Below the pieces are notes generated by a model, which saw nothing but the letters and a program-made list of their open reading frames with translations, searched no databases and had not been told where the DNA came from. From Thermoproteota archaeon (GTDB taxonomy: Archaea > Thermoproteota > Thermoprotei_A > Sulfolobales > Ignisphaeraceae), in assembly GCA_030550585.1 (NCBI GenBank), contig JAUQPB010000001.1, positions 288,001 through 352,000 of the forward strand: a stretch of DNA of 64,000 nucleotides, read 5' to 3'. Both the position numbers and the translations under genes were made by a program. Each line of letters starts with the position of its first letter. Position 1 is the stretch's first letter. This document shows positions 1 to 11,080 of this stretch, in pieces.

Positions 1-497
1 AATAGATCTCTTGGAATATCCACGACAACAGGACCTGATCTTCCGGTTAACGCTATACGGATGGCGTTTCTAACCCATTTAGGTATATCCTCAGCGTTTC
101 TCACTTGAACAACAAACTTCGTTATATTGGCTACAACACCTGGTATATCAGCCTCTTGAAACGATAGCTTACCCAAAGCTGATCGAGGTACTTGACCAGT
201 AATTGCAATAACTGGTGAATTATCCCAATATGCTGTTGCAAGACCTGTTACAAGATTTAACGCACCTGGACCCGATGTTGCTGTACAAAATCCTGGTCTT
301 CCAGATGCTCTTGCAAACCCATCTGCTGCATGCGCTGCCCCCTGCTCATGCCTCATAAGAATAACTCTTATGTCATTGTTGGCCACATACTCTACCAATG
401 CATCATAGAATGCCATATTGGATAGTCCTGGTATTCCAAAGATTACCTTTACTCCCTCTCTCTTCAGAGTCTCAGCTAGAAGCTTTGAACCCTTCAT
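1..497 (-). CDS. ilvB: Acetolactate synthase large subunit, N-terminal part (runs off window start)
   Basis: Manual translation from ATG at 497: MKGSKLLAETLKREGVKVIFGIPG...MRHEQGAAHAADGFARASGRPG...TSGPG, a TPP-enzyme N-domain; divergent from leuA. Confidence 0.92.
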   Translation of the reverse strand, partial: MKGSKLLAETLKREGVKVIFGIPGLSNMAFYDALVEYVANNDIRVILMRHEQGAAHAADGFARASGRPGFCTATSGPGALNLVTGLATAYWDNSPVIAITGQVPRSALGKLSFQEADIPGVVANITKFVVQVRNAEDIPKWVRNAIRIALTGRSGPVVVDIPRDL

Positions 498-764
498 AGA
501 AATCACCTTATTAGAATCTTGATTGAGCCTTGTCCTACTGTTAACATGCTTACTTGGAATTCTGCGTTTTTATAATATTTTTCATAAGTCTTTTCTCCAC
601 TCAGCTGACTTGGAGTTCCATCACCTTCACCTCACGCAAATTGTGTATCTAGCTATTTTTGTATGAGCAGGTTTTTAAATCTTTTAGCTACTTAAACAGG
701 TTTAATGGTGCATAATAGCTTATATACCCTCTCATTCCTCTTTTATTATAGCTAAATAGAAATA

Positions 765-1952
765 TTGGGAGGTGTGCTTATTGCTCCAACTCAAAACAGT
801 TTAGACTACATCCGAAAAAGAGCTGAAAATAGAGTTGTTAGACTGCTAGACACCACATTGAGAGACGGAGAGCAGATGCCTGGAATTTCTCTGACAGTAC
901 ATCAAAAAATTGAAATAGCTTTGGCTCTAAATGAGTTGGGTGTGGATTCGATAGAGGCAGGCTTTCCAATTACTAGCGAAGGAGAGTTCAAAGCGGTAAA
1001 GATGATAGCTAAAGAAGTTAGAGGCTCTGAGGTTATAGCACTTGCAAGAGCAAATAAGCAGGATATAGATAAGGTCATAGAGGCTGAGGCTCCGGCTGTT
1101 CACACATTCATTGCCACCTCTGATCTCCATATGAGATACAAGCTTAAGATGACCCCTGACCAGGTTATCGAGAGAGCTGTTTCAGCTGTTGAATATGCTA
1201 AGAGTCATGGACTGGTAGTAGAGTTTAGTGCTGAAGATGCGACCAGGTCCGATGTACAGTTCTTGGCGAAGGTGTTTCAAGCTGTTGTTGATGCTGGAGC
1301 GGATAGAATAGACATTGCAGACACAGTTGGCGTTGCGTATCCAAGTTATATGGCGTTTCTAGTATCATACATCAGATCTAATGTCAAGGGAAACTATATA
1401 CTGAGTGTCCACTGTCATGACGATTTTGGTATGGCTGTTGCAAACAGTGTGACAGCCATTGAAAATGGGGCTGACCAGGTCCACGTCACAATGCTTGGAG
1501 TAGGTGAAAGAGCTGGAAATGCTGCATTAGAAGAGGTGGCATCTGCATTAGCATTTCTATATGGCTACAAGCTTAGAATAGACTTCAGTAAAATAAATAA
1601 GGTAGCAAAGATCGTGGCTAATCACTTTGGATTGGTTATACCGCCAAACAAAGCCATTGTAGGGGCAAACGCGTTTGCACACGAGTCGGGAATTCATGTT
1701 CATGGCGTTTTAAGCCACCCTCTAACATATGAGCCTATAGACCCCTCTGCTGTTGGTGCTGAGAGGAGAATTGTTATAGGCAAGCATAGTGGGAGACATG
1801 CGATAGAATATGTCATCAAGCAAATGGGTTTAGAGCCTAGAGAAGATGCTGTCAAAAGGATCTTGGATAGGGTGAAGAGTTTGGCAGACCAAGGAGTTAA
1901 AATCTCCTGGGATACAGTGATAAAGCTTGTAAAAGAGGAGTATGGGGTTTAA
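765..1952 (+). CDS. leuA: 2-isopropylmalate synthase family (short form without C-terminal regulatory domain)
   Basis: DTTLRDGEQ, HCHDD, GERAGN and HESGIH motifs; adjacent to leuB and ilvB. Confidence 0.85.
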   Translation: MGGVLIAPTQNSLDYIRKRAENRVVRLLDTTLRDGEQMPGISLTVHQKIEIALALNELGVDSIEAGFPITSEGEFKAVKMIAKEVRGSEVIALARANKQDIDKVIEAEAPAVHTFIATSDLHMRYKLKMTPDQVIERAVSAVEYAKSHGLVVEFSAEDATRSDVQFLAKVFQAVVDAGADRIDIADTVGVAYPSYMAFLVSYIRSNVKGNYILSVHCHDDFGMAVANSVTAIENGADQVHVTMLGVGERAGNAALEEVASALAFLYGYKLRIDFSKINKVAKIVANHFGLVIPPNKAIVGANAFAHESGIHVHGVLSHPLTYEPIDPSAVGAERRIVIGKHSGRHAIEYVIKQMGLEPREDAVKRILDRVKSLADQGVKISWDTVIKLVKEEYGV

Positions 1953-1955
1953 CAA

Positions 1956-2972
1956 GTGTTTAGGGTAGCGGTTATAGAGGGAGATGGTATAGGTCCTGAG
2001 ATAATCGATGCTACTTTCAAGGTCTTGGCAAAACTTGTTGCCAAATACAGACTTGAAATAGAGTTTGTAAAGGTTGAGGCAGGAGATAACGCTGTTAGAA
2101 AGTATGGGGTTGCTGTTCCGGAAGAGTCTTGGAAAACAATAAAGGGTTGTGACGCCATTTTAAAGGGTCCTGTAGGAGAGTCTGCAGGCGATGTTGTTGT
2201 CAAGATTAGAAGAGGTTTGGATCTCTACGCCAATATAAGACCTTCGAAGGCTCTACCCGGTGTAAAGGCTTTGAAACCAAATATAGATCTTGTTATAGTT
2301 AGGGAAAATACAGAAGACGTTTACGTAAGAGCCGAGTATGTATTACCAGAAGATGTCTCTATAGCCATTCGTGTTATAAGTCGAAAAGCCTCTCAGAGAA
2401 TTGCTAGAAAGGCATTTGAAATAGCCAAGGGTAGGAGAAAGAAAGTTACTGTTGTCCATAAAGCAAATGTTTTAACGGTTACAGATGGCTTGTTCAAGTC
2501 AACTGTTTATGACGTTGGAAGAAGGGAGTTTCCGGATATTGAAATAGATGAGATGTATATTGATGCAGCTGTAATGGATATTGTTAGAAAACCTGAGAGA
2601 TTCGATGTAATTGTAACAACAAATCTATATGGGGATATCCTAAGCGATTTAGCTGCATATGTATCTGGCAGCATCGGCCTTGCAGCATCTGCTAACATAG
2701 GAGACGAAAAAGCTATGTTCGAGCCAATACATGGCGCGGCATTCGATATAGCTGGCAAGGGAATCGCAAACCCAACTGCAATGATGTTATCTGCTGCGTG
2801 GATGCTTAAATGGCTTGGGGAAAGGAGCAATAGTAGGAGCTATGTAGAGGCTGGAAAGGCCCTCGAAAAAGCAATTGAAGCTACATTAGCTGATGGAAAA
2901 ATCCTCACACCCGATCTTGGAGGTAGTGCAACAACAGCAGAATTTACAGAAGCTGTTATTTCGAGGCTTTAA
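1956..2972 (+). CDS. leuB: 3-isopropylmalate dehydrogenase (isocitrate/isopropylmalate DH family)
   Basis: GDGIGPE, RENTE, HKANV, NLYGDILSD and EPIHG motifs. Confidence 0.85.
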   Translation: MFRVAVIEGDGIGPEIIDATFKVLAKLVAKYRLEIEFVKVEAGDNAVRKYGVAVPEESWKTIKGCDAILKGPVGESAGDVVVKIRRGLDLYANIRPSKALPGVKALKPNIDLVIVRENTEDVYVRAEYVLPEDVSIAIRVISRKASQRIARKAFEIAKGRRKKVTVVHKANVLTVTDGLFKSTVYDVGRREFPDIEIDEMYIDAAVMDIVRKPERFDVIVTTNLYGDILSDLAAYVSGSIGLAASANIGDEKAMFEPIHGAAFDIAGKGIANPTAMMLSAAWMLKWLGERSNSRSYVEAGKALEKAIEATLADGKILTPDLGGSATTAEFTEAVISRL

Positions 2973-2977
2973 ACCAT

Positions 2978-3334
2978 TCAAAGAATCTCATTGTATCTCC
3001 TATAGAAACAACTAAAATTGCCTGTATGGCACATGGGTCCCATCGGCTTCACCAATACTAGTACCGCATCTTCATCACAATCAACTTTGACGTCAACAAC
3101 AATCTGGAGGTTTCCGCTGGTCTCCCCTTTCAGCCAAAGCTTTTTTCTAGAGGTTGACCATAGGTGGAGATAGCCTGTTGTAAGTGTTTTTATCAAAGCC
3201 TCTTTATTCATGAAGCCTACCGACAACACCTCCTTTGTTTTGTAATCCTGTATAACAGCTACTACAGTATTGTCCTCGTGTCTAAACCTCAGCCTGCTAG
3301 CTATCTTTTCCGCCTCTTCGGTGCTGAGCCTCAC
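2978..3334 (-). CDS. hisI: Phosphoribosyl-AMP cyclohydrolase
   Basis: SRKKLWLKGETSG, DCDED and CHTG..SCF motifs. Confidence 0.95.
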   Translation of the reverse strand: MRLSTEEAEKIASRLRFRHEDNTVVAVIQDYKTKEVLSVGFMNKEALIKTLTTGYLHLWSTSRKKLWLKGETSGNLQIVVDVKVDCDEDAVLVLVKPMGPMCHTGNFSCFYRRYNEIL

Positions 3335-3939
3335 GTTCTCAACCAGTTAAACACTGTTTTGAGAAACTCAGCCCCGTTTAAATGGCTTTTCTCTGGATGG
3401 AACTGAACAGCTATTACCCTATCTTTAAGTAGCATTGACGGGATTTTGACATCGCCATACTCACTTATAAAGCATATGCTATCAACTTCATTAGTGTGAG
3501 CCATATAGCTATGCATGAAATACATGTATTTACCGTCAACACCTTGGAATAATCTACATTTATCATTTCCAACAAACCTGATCTTGTCCCACCCAATACG
3601 AGGCAACTTTAGTTTTGTGGGAACCCTATCTACATAGCCTCTGAACCATCCGAGACCTTTGCTAGGCACCCCACCCTCCATGCTATATTCAAACATTATC
3701 TGCATACCTATGCATATGCCAAGAAATGCCATGCCGCTTTTCTTCATATCGTTTAGAACATCTGAATATTTTATGATATACCTTGAAACAGCTTTGAAGT
3801 TTCCAACACCTGGAAAAACAATTAGATCAACATTTCTTCTGGGCTCTACATCCACAAATACCTCGAATCCTGTTCTCCTCAATGCATTGGAAATGCTATA
3901 GAGATTTCCAACACCGTAATTAATAACAAGAGCCTTCAT
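3331..3939 (-). CDS. hisH: Imidazole glycerol phosphate synthase glutaminase subunit
   Basis: PGVG, GICIGMQ and QFHPEKS motifs. Confidence 0.95.
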   Translation of the reverse strand: MKALVINYGVGNLYSISNALRRTGFEVFVDVEPRRNVDLIVFPGVGNFKAVSRYIIKYSDVLNDMKKSGMAFLGICIGMQIMFEYSMEGGVPSKGLGWFRGYVDRVPTKLKLPRIGWDKIRFVGNDKCRLFQGVDGKYMYFMHSYMAHTNEVDSICFISEYGDVKIPSMLLKDRVIAVQFHPEKSHLNGAEFLKTVFNWLRT

Positions 3940-4220
3940 TTCTTCATCCTCTTCTCAAGTTCTGCACAAACATCTTCTAGAGAGACATTGTTTACAGCCA
4001 TAAGCACCATCATATGGTAGACCAAGTCAGCCAACTCCTCTACCAACCTCTTTCTATCCTCATATAAAGATGCTACTACAACCTCCACAGCCTCTTCACC
4101 AAGTTTTCTAGCCACATATCCCCTGCCCTTAGATGCAAGCTCGACTGTGTAGCTTCCCACAGGCCTCTTCTCTAACCTATCTAGCACAATCTTATATAGC
4201 CTTTCAAATGTTTCGCACAT
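3936..4220 (-). CDS. hisE: Phosphoribosyl-ATP diphosphatase
   Basis: SYT..L, KLGEEAVE and ELADLVYH motifs. Confidence 0.95.
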   Translation of the reverse strand: MCETFERLYKIVLDRLEKRPVGSYTVELASKGRGYVARKLGEEAVEVVVASLYEDRKRLVEELADLVYHMMVLMAVNNVSLEDVCAELEKRMKK

Positions 4221-5412
4221 GCCTCATCACAACACTTTTTGCATGCAGTTCAAAGCCCTCATATCTAGCTAATGTTTCAACAGCCTCTAAAACATTCTTA
4301 TCAATCTCCCTATCATCGAATAGAACTGCAACTGGCTTTAGAAAGTCGTAAACTGTTAGAGCTCCTCTAACCCTTGCCCATTTATTTGTCGGCAGAATGT
4401 GGTTTGGCCCAATATAATCTATTAGGGCTGGTGGTGAGTAGTTGTATGAGACTGCCCCGGCATTTCGAATTCTATTTAGAAGCTTGTCAGCGTCTCTTAC
4501 ATGGATTGATAGATGTTCTGGAGCAAACTCGTTAGCTATTTTCATAGCTTCATCAATTGAGTTGGCAACGTATATGTAGAAGCTGCCTTTAAGATCTCTG
4601 ACCAGCTCCTCAACAGCTTGGGCAACCCTACTCGAGGTTGTCAATAGAACAACTGGACTATCCATACCATGTTCTGCCTGAGCTGCCATATCCATGGCAA
4701 CCAACTTCGGGTCTGCGGACTCATCGGCAATGACAACAAGTTCTGTTGGCCCCTCAACACCATCAATCTCGACAACGTCTCTAACAAGAGCTTTTGCGGC
4801 TTGTACATATATGTTTCCAGGGCCAACAATTTTATCGACCTTCCTCACACTTTCTGTACCATATGCTAATGCCGCTATTATTTGTGCACCACCAACCCTG
4901 TATATATTCTCTACACCTATCAGCTGAGACACATATATAGTTGCAGGATCTATACAGCCGGTTTTATTTGGTGGCGACGCCACCGCTATTCTACTTACCC
5001 CTGCCACCTTTGCCGGAACACCAGCCATCAGAAGCGTTGATGGATATGACTTTCTCCCGCCTGGCACATATACACCAATGCTTTCAATTGGCTTCCATAT
5101 AATACCCATTCTAACCCCGCTTAATTGTATTTGGAAATCTTTTGGCTTAAACTCTTGATAGAAACGCATGAGGAGATCATATAATGTGTCTATGGCTCTT
5201 CTGACATCATTTTTAAGTTCCTCTAGACATTTGCTTCTAAGACTGGGGGTAAGCTCTACAGTATCGATATCTATACCGTCAAACCTCTTCGTATATTCTA
5301 TTAATGCTTTATCACCTCTGTTCCTAACATCATCAATTATCTGTTTAACGTAGTTCAGCACACTACTAATACTGTACTGGTTTTGCTGTGGGAGACCGTG
5401 TACAACTGTCAT
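4204..5412 (-). CDS. hisD: Histidinol dehydrogenase
   Basis: YVPGG, GPGNIYV, GPTE, QAEH, APEHL and NHILPT motifs. Confidence 0.95.
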   Translation of the reverse strand: MTVVHGLPQQNQYSISSVLNYVKQIIDDVRNRGDKALIEYTKRFDGIDIDTVELTPSLRSKCLEELKNDVRRAIDTLYDLLMRFYQEFKPKDFQIQLSGVRMGIIWKPIESIGVYVPGGRKSYPSTLLMAGVPAKVAGVSRIAVASPPNKTGCIDPATIYVSQLIGVENIYRVGGAQIIAALAYGTESVRKVDKIVGPGNIYVQAAKALVRDVVEIDGVEGPTELVVIADESADPKLVAMDMAAQAEHGMDSPVVLLTTSSRVAQAVEELVRDLKGSFYIYVANSIDEAMKIANEFAPEHLSIHVRDADKLLNRIRNAGAVSYNYSPPALIDYIGPNHILPTNKWARVRGALTVYDFLKPVAVLFDDREIDKNVLEAVETLARYEGFELHAKSVVMRHVRNI

Positions 5413-6161
5413 ATTCTCACCTCAACACCTCTCTCATAGAGATATCTCTTAAGATCCATAATCCTTATAACACCATCGTGAAAAACGCCAGCGGCTAAAG
5501 CTGCATCAGCTTTGCCTGCTGTTAAAACCTCGTAGAAGTGCTCCATGCTCCCAGCCCCACCACTAGCTATGACAGGTATTGAGACGGCTTCTGAAACCCT
5601 CCTAGTCAACTCTATTTCATAGCCGATACGAGTTCCATCCCTGTCTATACTTGTTAAGAGTATTTCGCCTGCTCCAAGCCTCTCCACAGTCTTAGCCCAT
5701 TCTATCGCATCTAGACCAGTATCAACGGTAGCTGACTTCACAAAAACTATATATCTGCCCCCAATCTTTTTCGCATCTATTGCTACAACAATCGACTGAG
5801 AACCGAACTCATCACTAGCCACTTTAATCAAATCCGGGTTTTCAACAGCAGCTGTATTGATACTCACCTTATCGGCACCGCTTGAGAGAGCACTTGAAAT
5901 GTCGTCAAGCGATCTTATGCCTCCTCCAACTGTCAATGGTATGGATACCACGCTTGCCGTGTCTCTAACAACTCTAAACAGCGTTGCTCTATTCTCGAGA
6001 GAAGCTGAAATATCTAAGAAGACTATTTCGTCTGCACCCTCCTCCTCATATCTAGCAGCAAGCTCTACAGGATCGCCCTTATCTCTTAGATTGACGAAGT
6101 TAACTCCTTTAACAACTCTACCATTTTTAACATCTAGACATGGAATTATCCTCTTAATCAC
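5409..6161 (-). CDS. hisF: Imidazole glycerol phosphate synthase cyclase subunit
   Basis: [23 protein letters not shown] and ASGGAG motifs. Confidence 0.97.
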   Translation of the reverse strand: MIKRIIPCLDVKNGRVVKGVNFVNLRDKGDPVELAARYEEEGADEIVFLDISASLENRATLFRVVRDTASVVSIPLTVGGGIRSLDDISSALSSGADKVSINTAAVENPDLIKVASDEFGSQSIVVAIDAKKIGGRYIVFVKSATVDTGLDAIEWAKTVERLGAGEILLTSIDRDGTRIGYEIELTRRVSEAVSIPVIASGGAGSMEHFYEVLTAGKADAALAAGVFHDGVIRIMDLKRYLYERGVEVRI

Positions 6162-6742
6162 CTTAAAACACCCTTCAAACTCCTTACACCAGACCCAACA
6201 ATTCTTGTCGAGTCATATAACGCCATTCCAAGACCTTTGAAAACGGCTTCAACGACGTGATGATCATTGAAACCCCTTAGCTTGACAACATGAATTGTTA
6301 TACCAGCCCTCTTAGCTAGCGAATCTATAAAGTGCTGAACATTCTCAAGGGAAAGCCCGCCTATAGCCTCTCTCGAGAAGCTTAGATCTATAAATGCCCC
6401 ACCCCTACCAGAGATGTCAACAGCTATAAGAACTAGTGCGTCATCCATTGGCACGATCTGGTGGGAAAACCTCTTTATACCCACTCTATCACCTAGGCAC
6501 TTTTCTAGCGCACTCCCAATTACAATTGCAGAGTCCTCTACAATGTGATGGTCGTCAACACTCTTCTTTTCCTCGGCATAAACCTTTGCTCTAGAGTTCA
6601 TGTAGAGGAACATTGTTTCAAGCATATGGTTGAAGAATGGTATGGGTGTTGAAATCTCAATATCTCCTGGTTCATCTAGATTAAACTCAACAGCTATTTT
6701 AGTCTCTCTGGTTTCTCTATACTCTCTACACTCTCTAGACAA
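6158..6742 (-). CDS. hisB: Imidazoleglycerol-phosphate dehydratase
   Basis: [18 protein letters not shown] and [11 protein letters not shown] motifs. Confidence 0.95.
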   Translation of the reverse strand: MSRECREYRETRETKIAVEFNLDEPGDIEISTPIPFFNHMLETMFLYMNSRAKVYAEEKKSVDDHHIVEDSAIVIGSALEKCLGDRVGIKRFSHQIVPMDDALVLIAVDISGRGGAFIDLSFSREAIGGLSLENVQHFIDSLAKRAGITIHVVKLRGFNDHHVVEAVFKGLGMALYDSTRIVGSGVRSLKGVLR

Positions 6743-7430
6743 CTTTCACACCCCATAACCTGCCATTATACAAGGCCATGCCAACAATGGTATAGTCTAT
6801 GCCAAAACTCTTCAGAGTCTGTAGATCGTGTATTGTTGAAACACCACCTGCATATTCCTTTAACCCCTTCACATAGCCTACAAATTCTCCTAGCCTCATA
6901 TCAACACCTTTTTCACTACCCTCATTCTCTATGTATGTAAATAAAACTCCTCTAACATCATAATTCCTGATCTCGTTCAATGCATCACCTAGCTTCATAG
7001 CCTCTTTGCTCCATCCACCTATTCTCACGATATAGTTGTTGTCATAATCCAAGGCTATAATCACTTTATCTCCTCCCACAGCCTCTAGTATTCTTTCGAA
7101 TTCTTTTCTAGCGGTAAAGAAAATTGTTGACACAACCACAGCTGAGGCCCCATACGACAAAAGAGTTGATGCTTTATCTACAGACCTTACACCACCTCCA
7201 ACCTGAATCCACTTAAAACCTATGCCGCATAACCCCTTTACAGTAGGTTCATTAGAGCCCGCACCTTCTGCTGCATCGAGATCGACAACATGCAGATATT
7301 CGTAGCCCGCTTCATATAGCTTAGTAGCGATTTTTAATGGATCTCCAAGAAAGAGACCAGTTCCCCTAACACCTCTAACTCTTTTAACAGCACTACCACC
7401 ACTCAAATCGATGCTTGGCATGACTATCAT
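6735..7430 (-). CDS. hisA: ProFAR isomerase
   Basis: PSIDL, HVVDLD, QVGGG and AGGV motifs; operon position. Confidence 0.93.
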   Translation of the reverse strand: MIVMPSIDLSGGSAVKRVRGVRGTGLFLGDPLKIATKLYEAGYEYLHVVDLDAAEGAGSNEPTVKGLCGIGFKWIQVGGGVRSVDKASTLLSYGASAVVVSTIFFTARKEFERILEAVGGDKVIIALDYDNNYIVRIGGWSKEAMKLGDALNEIRNYDVRGVLFTYIENEGSEKGVDMRLGEFVGYVKGLKEYAGGVSTIHDLQTLKSFGIDYTIVGMALYNGRLWGVKVV

Positions 7431-8293
7431 CTAATCACCTTTTCAATGTCTACTACCACTATATCCCTAGCACCAAGATCTAGCACCTTTGACACAACCT
7501 CTGGAATCTCATCCTCGTTAACAACAGTTATAACCTCCCACACATTACCCTTGCTCAACCGCGTAACAGCTGGTGCAAGCATTGCAGGCAAGACCTTCAA
7601 AACCTTGTCCAAGCTCTCATCAGGAACGTTCATGAATAGCATCTTCTTGTTCTTACCCTCTATAACCCCTCTGAACAATGTTACAACGAGTTTAATCATA
7701 TCGGCATCTTTACTTGACTTCCAGTCTCTCCTAGCGATAACAACCGCCTGAGTCTCTAGAACAACATCTATGGGCTCCAAACCATGTATTCTCAATGTGG
7801 TGCCAGTACTCATAACATCTATAACAGCATCAGCAGCTCCAAGATATGGCATAACCTCTGCCGCACCACTTATTTTAACTATCCTAGCTTTCAAATTCTT
7901 TGAATTTGCATATCTTAATGCAATGTTATAGTATTTTGTCGCTATTCTAATTTCTCTACCACTTTTAGCAATATCCTCCACACTTTCCACGCCCCAGCTC
8001 CGTGGAACCGCAAACACTATCTTTGCTTTTCCAAAATCTAACTCTAAAACCTCATCAACTTCAACACCACTTTCAACAACATAGTCATGCCCTGTTATAC
8101 CTATTGAGGCTCCGCCGCCTTCGATAATGTATGGAATGTCCTCTGGTCTCACCATTATAACCTCAACATTCTTCCAATTCGTTGGCACAATCAACGCCCT
8201 TTCATCAGCTGATAACAATTTAATTCCTGCGGCATTAAGCAATTCAATTACAGGTTGCTGTAGCCTCCCCTTATTTGGAATGGCTATTCTCAT
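7427..8293 (-). CDS. hisG: ATP phosphoribosyltransferase (long form)
   Basis: IAIPNKGRL, DIP, IATKY and STGTTL motifs; C-terminal regulatory domain. Confidence 0.96.
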   Translation of the reverse strand: MRIAIPNKGRLQQPVIELLNAAGIKLLSADERALIVPTNWKNVEVIMVRPEDIPYIIEGGGASIGITGHDYVVESGVEVDEVLELDFGKAKIVFAVPRSWGVESVEDIAKSGREIRIATKYYNIALRYANSKNLKARIVKISGAAEVMPYLGAADAVIDVMSTGTTLRIHGLEPIDVVLETQAVVIARRDWKSSKDADMIKLVVTLFRGVIEGKNKKMLFMNVPDESLDKVLKVLPAMLAPAVTRLSKGNVWEVITVVNEDEIPEVVSKVLDLGARDIVVVDIEKVIR

Positions 8294-9303
8294 GCAAGCT
8301 CCCTCAGCGACTCTATGAAGAGTTTAACCGAGTCTTCGTTTCCTATGCTAACTCTGTATAAGTCTTGTGCAATCCTCTTAATTGCTATACCAAACTTTTT
8401 TAGATGACTATCAAGCCTTCTATCATCCCTTATTAGCAGGAAGTTTGCATAGCTTCTATAAACCTTGAAGCCCATCCTCTTCAACTCCGAATACAGGTAA
8501 TCTCGAAGCTGCTTAATCTTCTCAATTATTTTTAAGTGGTAATCCAAATTCTCGAGAGCTGCTATGCCAGCTGCAAGAGATGGTGTTGGTATGTCGAATG
8601 GTGTTAAAACCTTTGTAACACTATCTATAACACTCTTGTCTGCTATTATATAGCCCAGCCTGAAGCCAGCTAGGCAAAATGCTTTGCTCATGCTTCGCAC
8701 AACAATAACATTTGGATACTCGTTTACATATCTAGCTACACTATATCCGCTAAACTCATAGTATGTCTCATCAACTATTACAAAACCCTTTGTGTTTAGT
8801 GCTATAGCCTCTAGGATTTTTCTATCCCCTTTTATAATAGCGTTTCCAGTTGGATTGTTTGGATCCACAAGCACAACTAGGTGTGCATTCTTTGCCAGTT
8901 CAATTAGAAGATTCATGTCAACTGTCCATTCATCATCATTTTCCTGCAGAGGTACTGTCACCATGTCTAGACCCATAAACCTGGCATAAACCTCTATCAT
9001 ACTGAAGGTGGGCTTGACAGAAAGTATTGCGTCGCCAGGGTCTGCAAGAGCCATGAAAAGCGTTCTCAAAGCGTTATCGGCACCTAGAAATGGATACACA
9101 TTGTCAATGCTTACTTTATTGTATTCTGCTAGCAAGAGCCTAAATCGATTAAACATGTGTAAATTTGGATAGTAATTACATTGACTTAATGTAGATGTAA
9201 CAGCTTTTATAATGTGTTCAGGAGGATTATATAAACACTCATTTAGATGCATTCTGTAGGGCTCTTCAGCCTCCTCATATCTATAGTTTTGAGATTCTAG
9301 CAC
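8290..9303 (-). CDS. hisC: Histidinol-phosphate aminotransferase
   Basis: LNE, PNNPTG, DETY and SMSKAF.LAG.RLG motifs; first gene of a hisCGABFDEHI operon (same order as Sulfolobus). Confidence 0.93.
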   Translation of the reverse strand: MLESQNYRYEEAEEPYRMHLNECLYNPPEHIIKAVTSTLSQCNYYPNLHMFNRFRLLLAEYNKVSIDNVYPFLGADNALRTLFMALADPGDAILSVKPTFSMIEVYARFMGLDMVTVPLQENDDEWTVDMNLLIELAKNAHLVVLVDPNNPTGNAIIKGDRKILEAIALNTKGFVIVDETYYEFSGYSVARYVNEYPNVIVVRSMSKAFCLAGFRLGYIIADKSVIDSVTKVLTPFDIPTPSLAAGIAALENLDYHLKIIEKIKQLRDYLYSELKRMGFKVYRSYANFLLIRDDRRLDSHLKKFGIAIKRIAQDLYRVSIGNEDSVKLFIESLRELA

Positions 9304-9469
9304 CCTCTTTTTTAGCCTTCCAATTACATCTATATATGCAATCTAAGATCCCTTCAATCAACTTTCTAACCAATAGTATTTGCCGCAATTTAAAAGCTTA
9401 TCACCATATCAGTTTTGATTAGAATAAAAGTATATATTTTTAGAAAGGTTATACATTTTCTGTGAGAAA

Positions 9470-9760
9470 ATGTCTTCTAAAGAACTATCACGTGAAGAAT
9501 TAATAGATATTATACTTGCTAACAACATGCTTGAACAATTTGTGGAGTGGCTTAGGCTAAGGGGTGTAGATAATGATATTATATCCCTAAGAGATATAGA
9601 CCGTAGATATTTATATGAATTTGCTATTGAGAAGAAACTGCTTATAGAGGGAGATGATGCTGGTCAGGATTATAAGGATGCTGATCAGGATTTTGAGGAT
9701 TTGTTGAAAAAGAAGATTGCACTAAGCTTAAAGCCCAGGAAAATCAGGAGAAAAACTTGA
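9470..9760 (+). CDS. Hypothetical protein (96 aa)
   Basis: ORF fills the intergenic gap, with a TATA-like element upstream; no motif recognised. Confidence 0.6.
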   Translation: MSSKELSREELIDIILANNMLEQFVEWLRLRGVDNDIISLRDIDRRYLYEFAIEKKLLIEGDDAGQDYKDADQDFEDLLKKKIALSLKPRKIRRKT

Positions 9761-9823
9761 ACTAGCCTCACCTCTTCTCAAGATCCTGTTTTTTAAATTA
9801 TAGCTAAATATTATCAAATAGTT

Positions 9824-10072
9824 TTATGTGCTCTTGTAGAACCTTGCATAATGTGCATATATATCACGAGGAACAATGGTAATGGCGTTTGTCGGGCATT
9901 TAACTATACATGCTCTACATCCAACACAGGCATCTGGGTTTACAGGCACAGATTTTTTGTTTATAATTGCAAATACCTTGTTGGGGCATGCCACATAACA
10001 CTGAGCACATCCAATACATTTTGATGTGTCTACCTGTACCTTGTAGCCTGGCAACCGCCTATACCTCAACAA
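9824..10072 (-). CDS. 2x[4Fe-4S] ferredoxin
   Basis: CIGCAQC...CP and CVGCRAC...CP motifs. Confidence 0.92.
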   Translation of the reverse strand: MLRYRRLPGYKVQVDTSKCIGCAQCYVACPNKVFAIINKKSVPVNPDACVGCRACIVKCPTNAITIVPRDIYAHYARFYKST

Positions 10073-10994
10073 TCTCGTATTCTATGTTTCCAAGGCCTTT
10101 TTTATAGGCAGCTTCTACTTGGATGTACGGATCTTTGCCGTGTATCACAAGGAATTTGTTGTCCCCCGGCTTTAAGCCAGCTTTCTCTCCTATTGATCCT
10201 GGTACAACAGGAGCGTTATTTATTAAATCGAGTGTTGCTTTCTCTAGTGCCACAATATCCTCTGATGCTAATATCCCTATATCTGGGACTATCGGGATAT
10301 CGGACCAAGGTGCACAATCACATGTTGGCTGGACATCAAGCACATAGTTAATGTGAAAAACCTTGTTCGGTTTGTTTAAGATCACTCCATGAACCGCATC
10401 AGCTAAGCCTTCTTGGAATGCTCTGCCAATCTGATCCTCCTTCTCCAGATTGTGTATAGCCGATCTTGTGTTGGGACCTGTGCACCCCATAGCAATATTC
10501 TTTATGGCCCCTCCGTAACCAGATGATGGATGCCCCTTCGAATGTGCAAAGTTTATCAGCACATCTGCGTAGTAAACAGCTGAGCCAACCTCTATCTCTG
10601 GCACCCTCAAAGGATTTGGTACACGAACCTTTATCAGATCTGTTTCCTTTATACCGGAAACAGGCAATGCAATTGCTCCTAGAGTCTCATAGTTGTAGCC
10701 ATTCTCTAGACCAACTAAGATATGCTTTAATCCCCACGTATCTGTAATGAATGGTATTCCACCAAGCTTTTTAACATAGTCAACCAATATCCTCACAAAT
10801 ATCGGTCTAATTGTTCTATACCCGCCATGATCCATATCACCTACATGAATCTTTATAGCTACTATGTATCCTGGTTGAATCATGTTTTTTAGTGTGCTAG
10901 CCTCTAGCAAGTTCATGAATCTATATGGCAGTGAAGCTGCTTTATCAAGTCTGTCGAGCTGTGCCTTGGCAAACAATACCTTTGATTTTGCCAC
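10059..10994 (-). CDS. DUF362-family Fe-S protein
   Basis: VAIKIHVG, H.KGH, GGAIKNIAMGC, CDC and D.VALEKA motifs; overlaps the ferredoxin gene. Confidence 0.8.
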   Translation of the reverse strand: MAKSKVLFAKAQLDRLDKAASLPYRFMNLLEASTLKNMIQPGYIVAIKIHVGDMDHGGYRTIRPIFVRILVDYVKKLGGIPFITDTWGLKHILVGLENGYNYETLGAIALPVSGIKETDLIKVRVPNPLRVPEIEVGSAVYYADVLINFAHSKGHPSSGYGGAIKNIAMGCTGPNTRSAIHNLEKEDQIGRAFQEGLADAVHGVILNKPNKVFHINYVLDVQPTCDCAPWSDIPIVPDIGILASEDIVALEKATLDLINNAPVVPGSIGEKAGLKPGDNKFLVIHGKDPYIQVEAAYKKGLGNIEYEIVEV

Positions 10995-11080
10995 GATTTA
11001 TCACCATAATATTGTAATTGTAATTGCTTGGAACAACAGTTTTGGATTTGCTCTTATAAATTTTTGGCCTATGAATTTCT

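Noticed and set aside
598-660. Partial C/D-like motif on the minus strand (GTGA..GTGATGG..CTGA) upstream of ilvB
   Set aside because: No recognisable terminal C box
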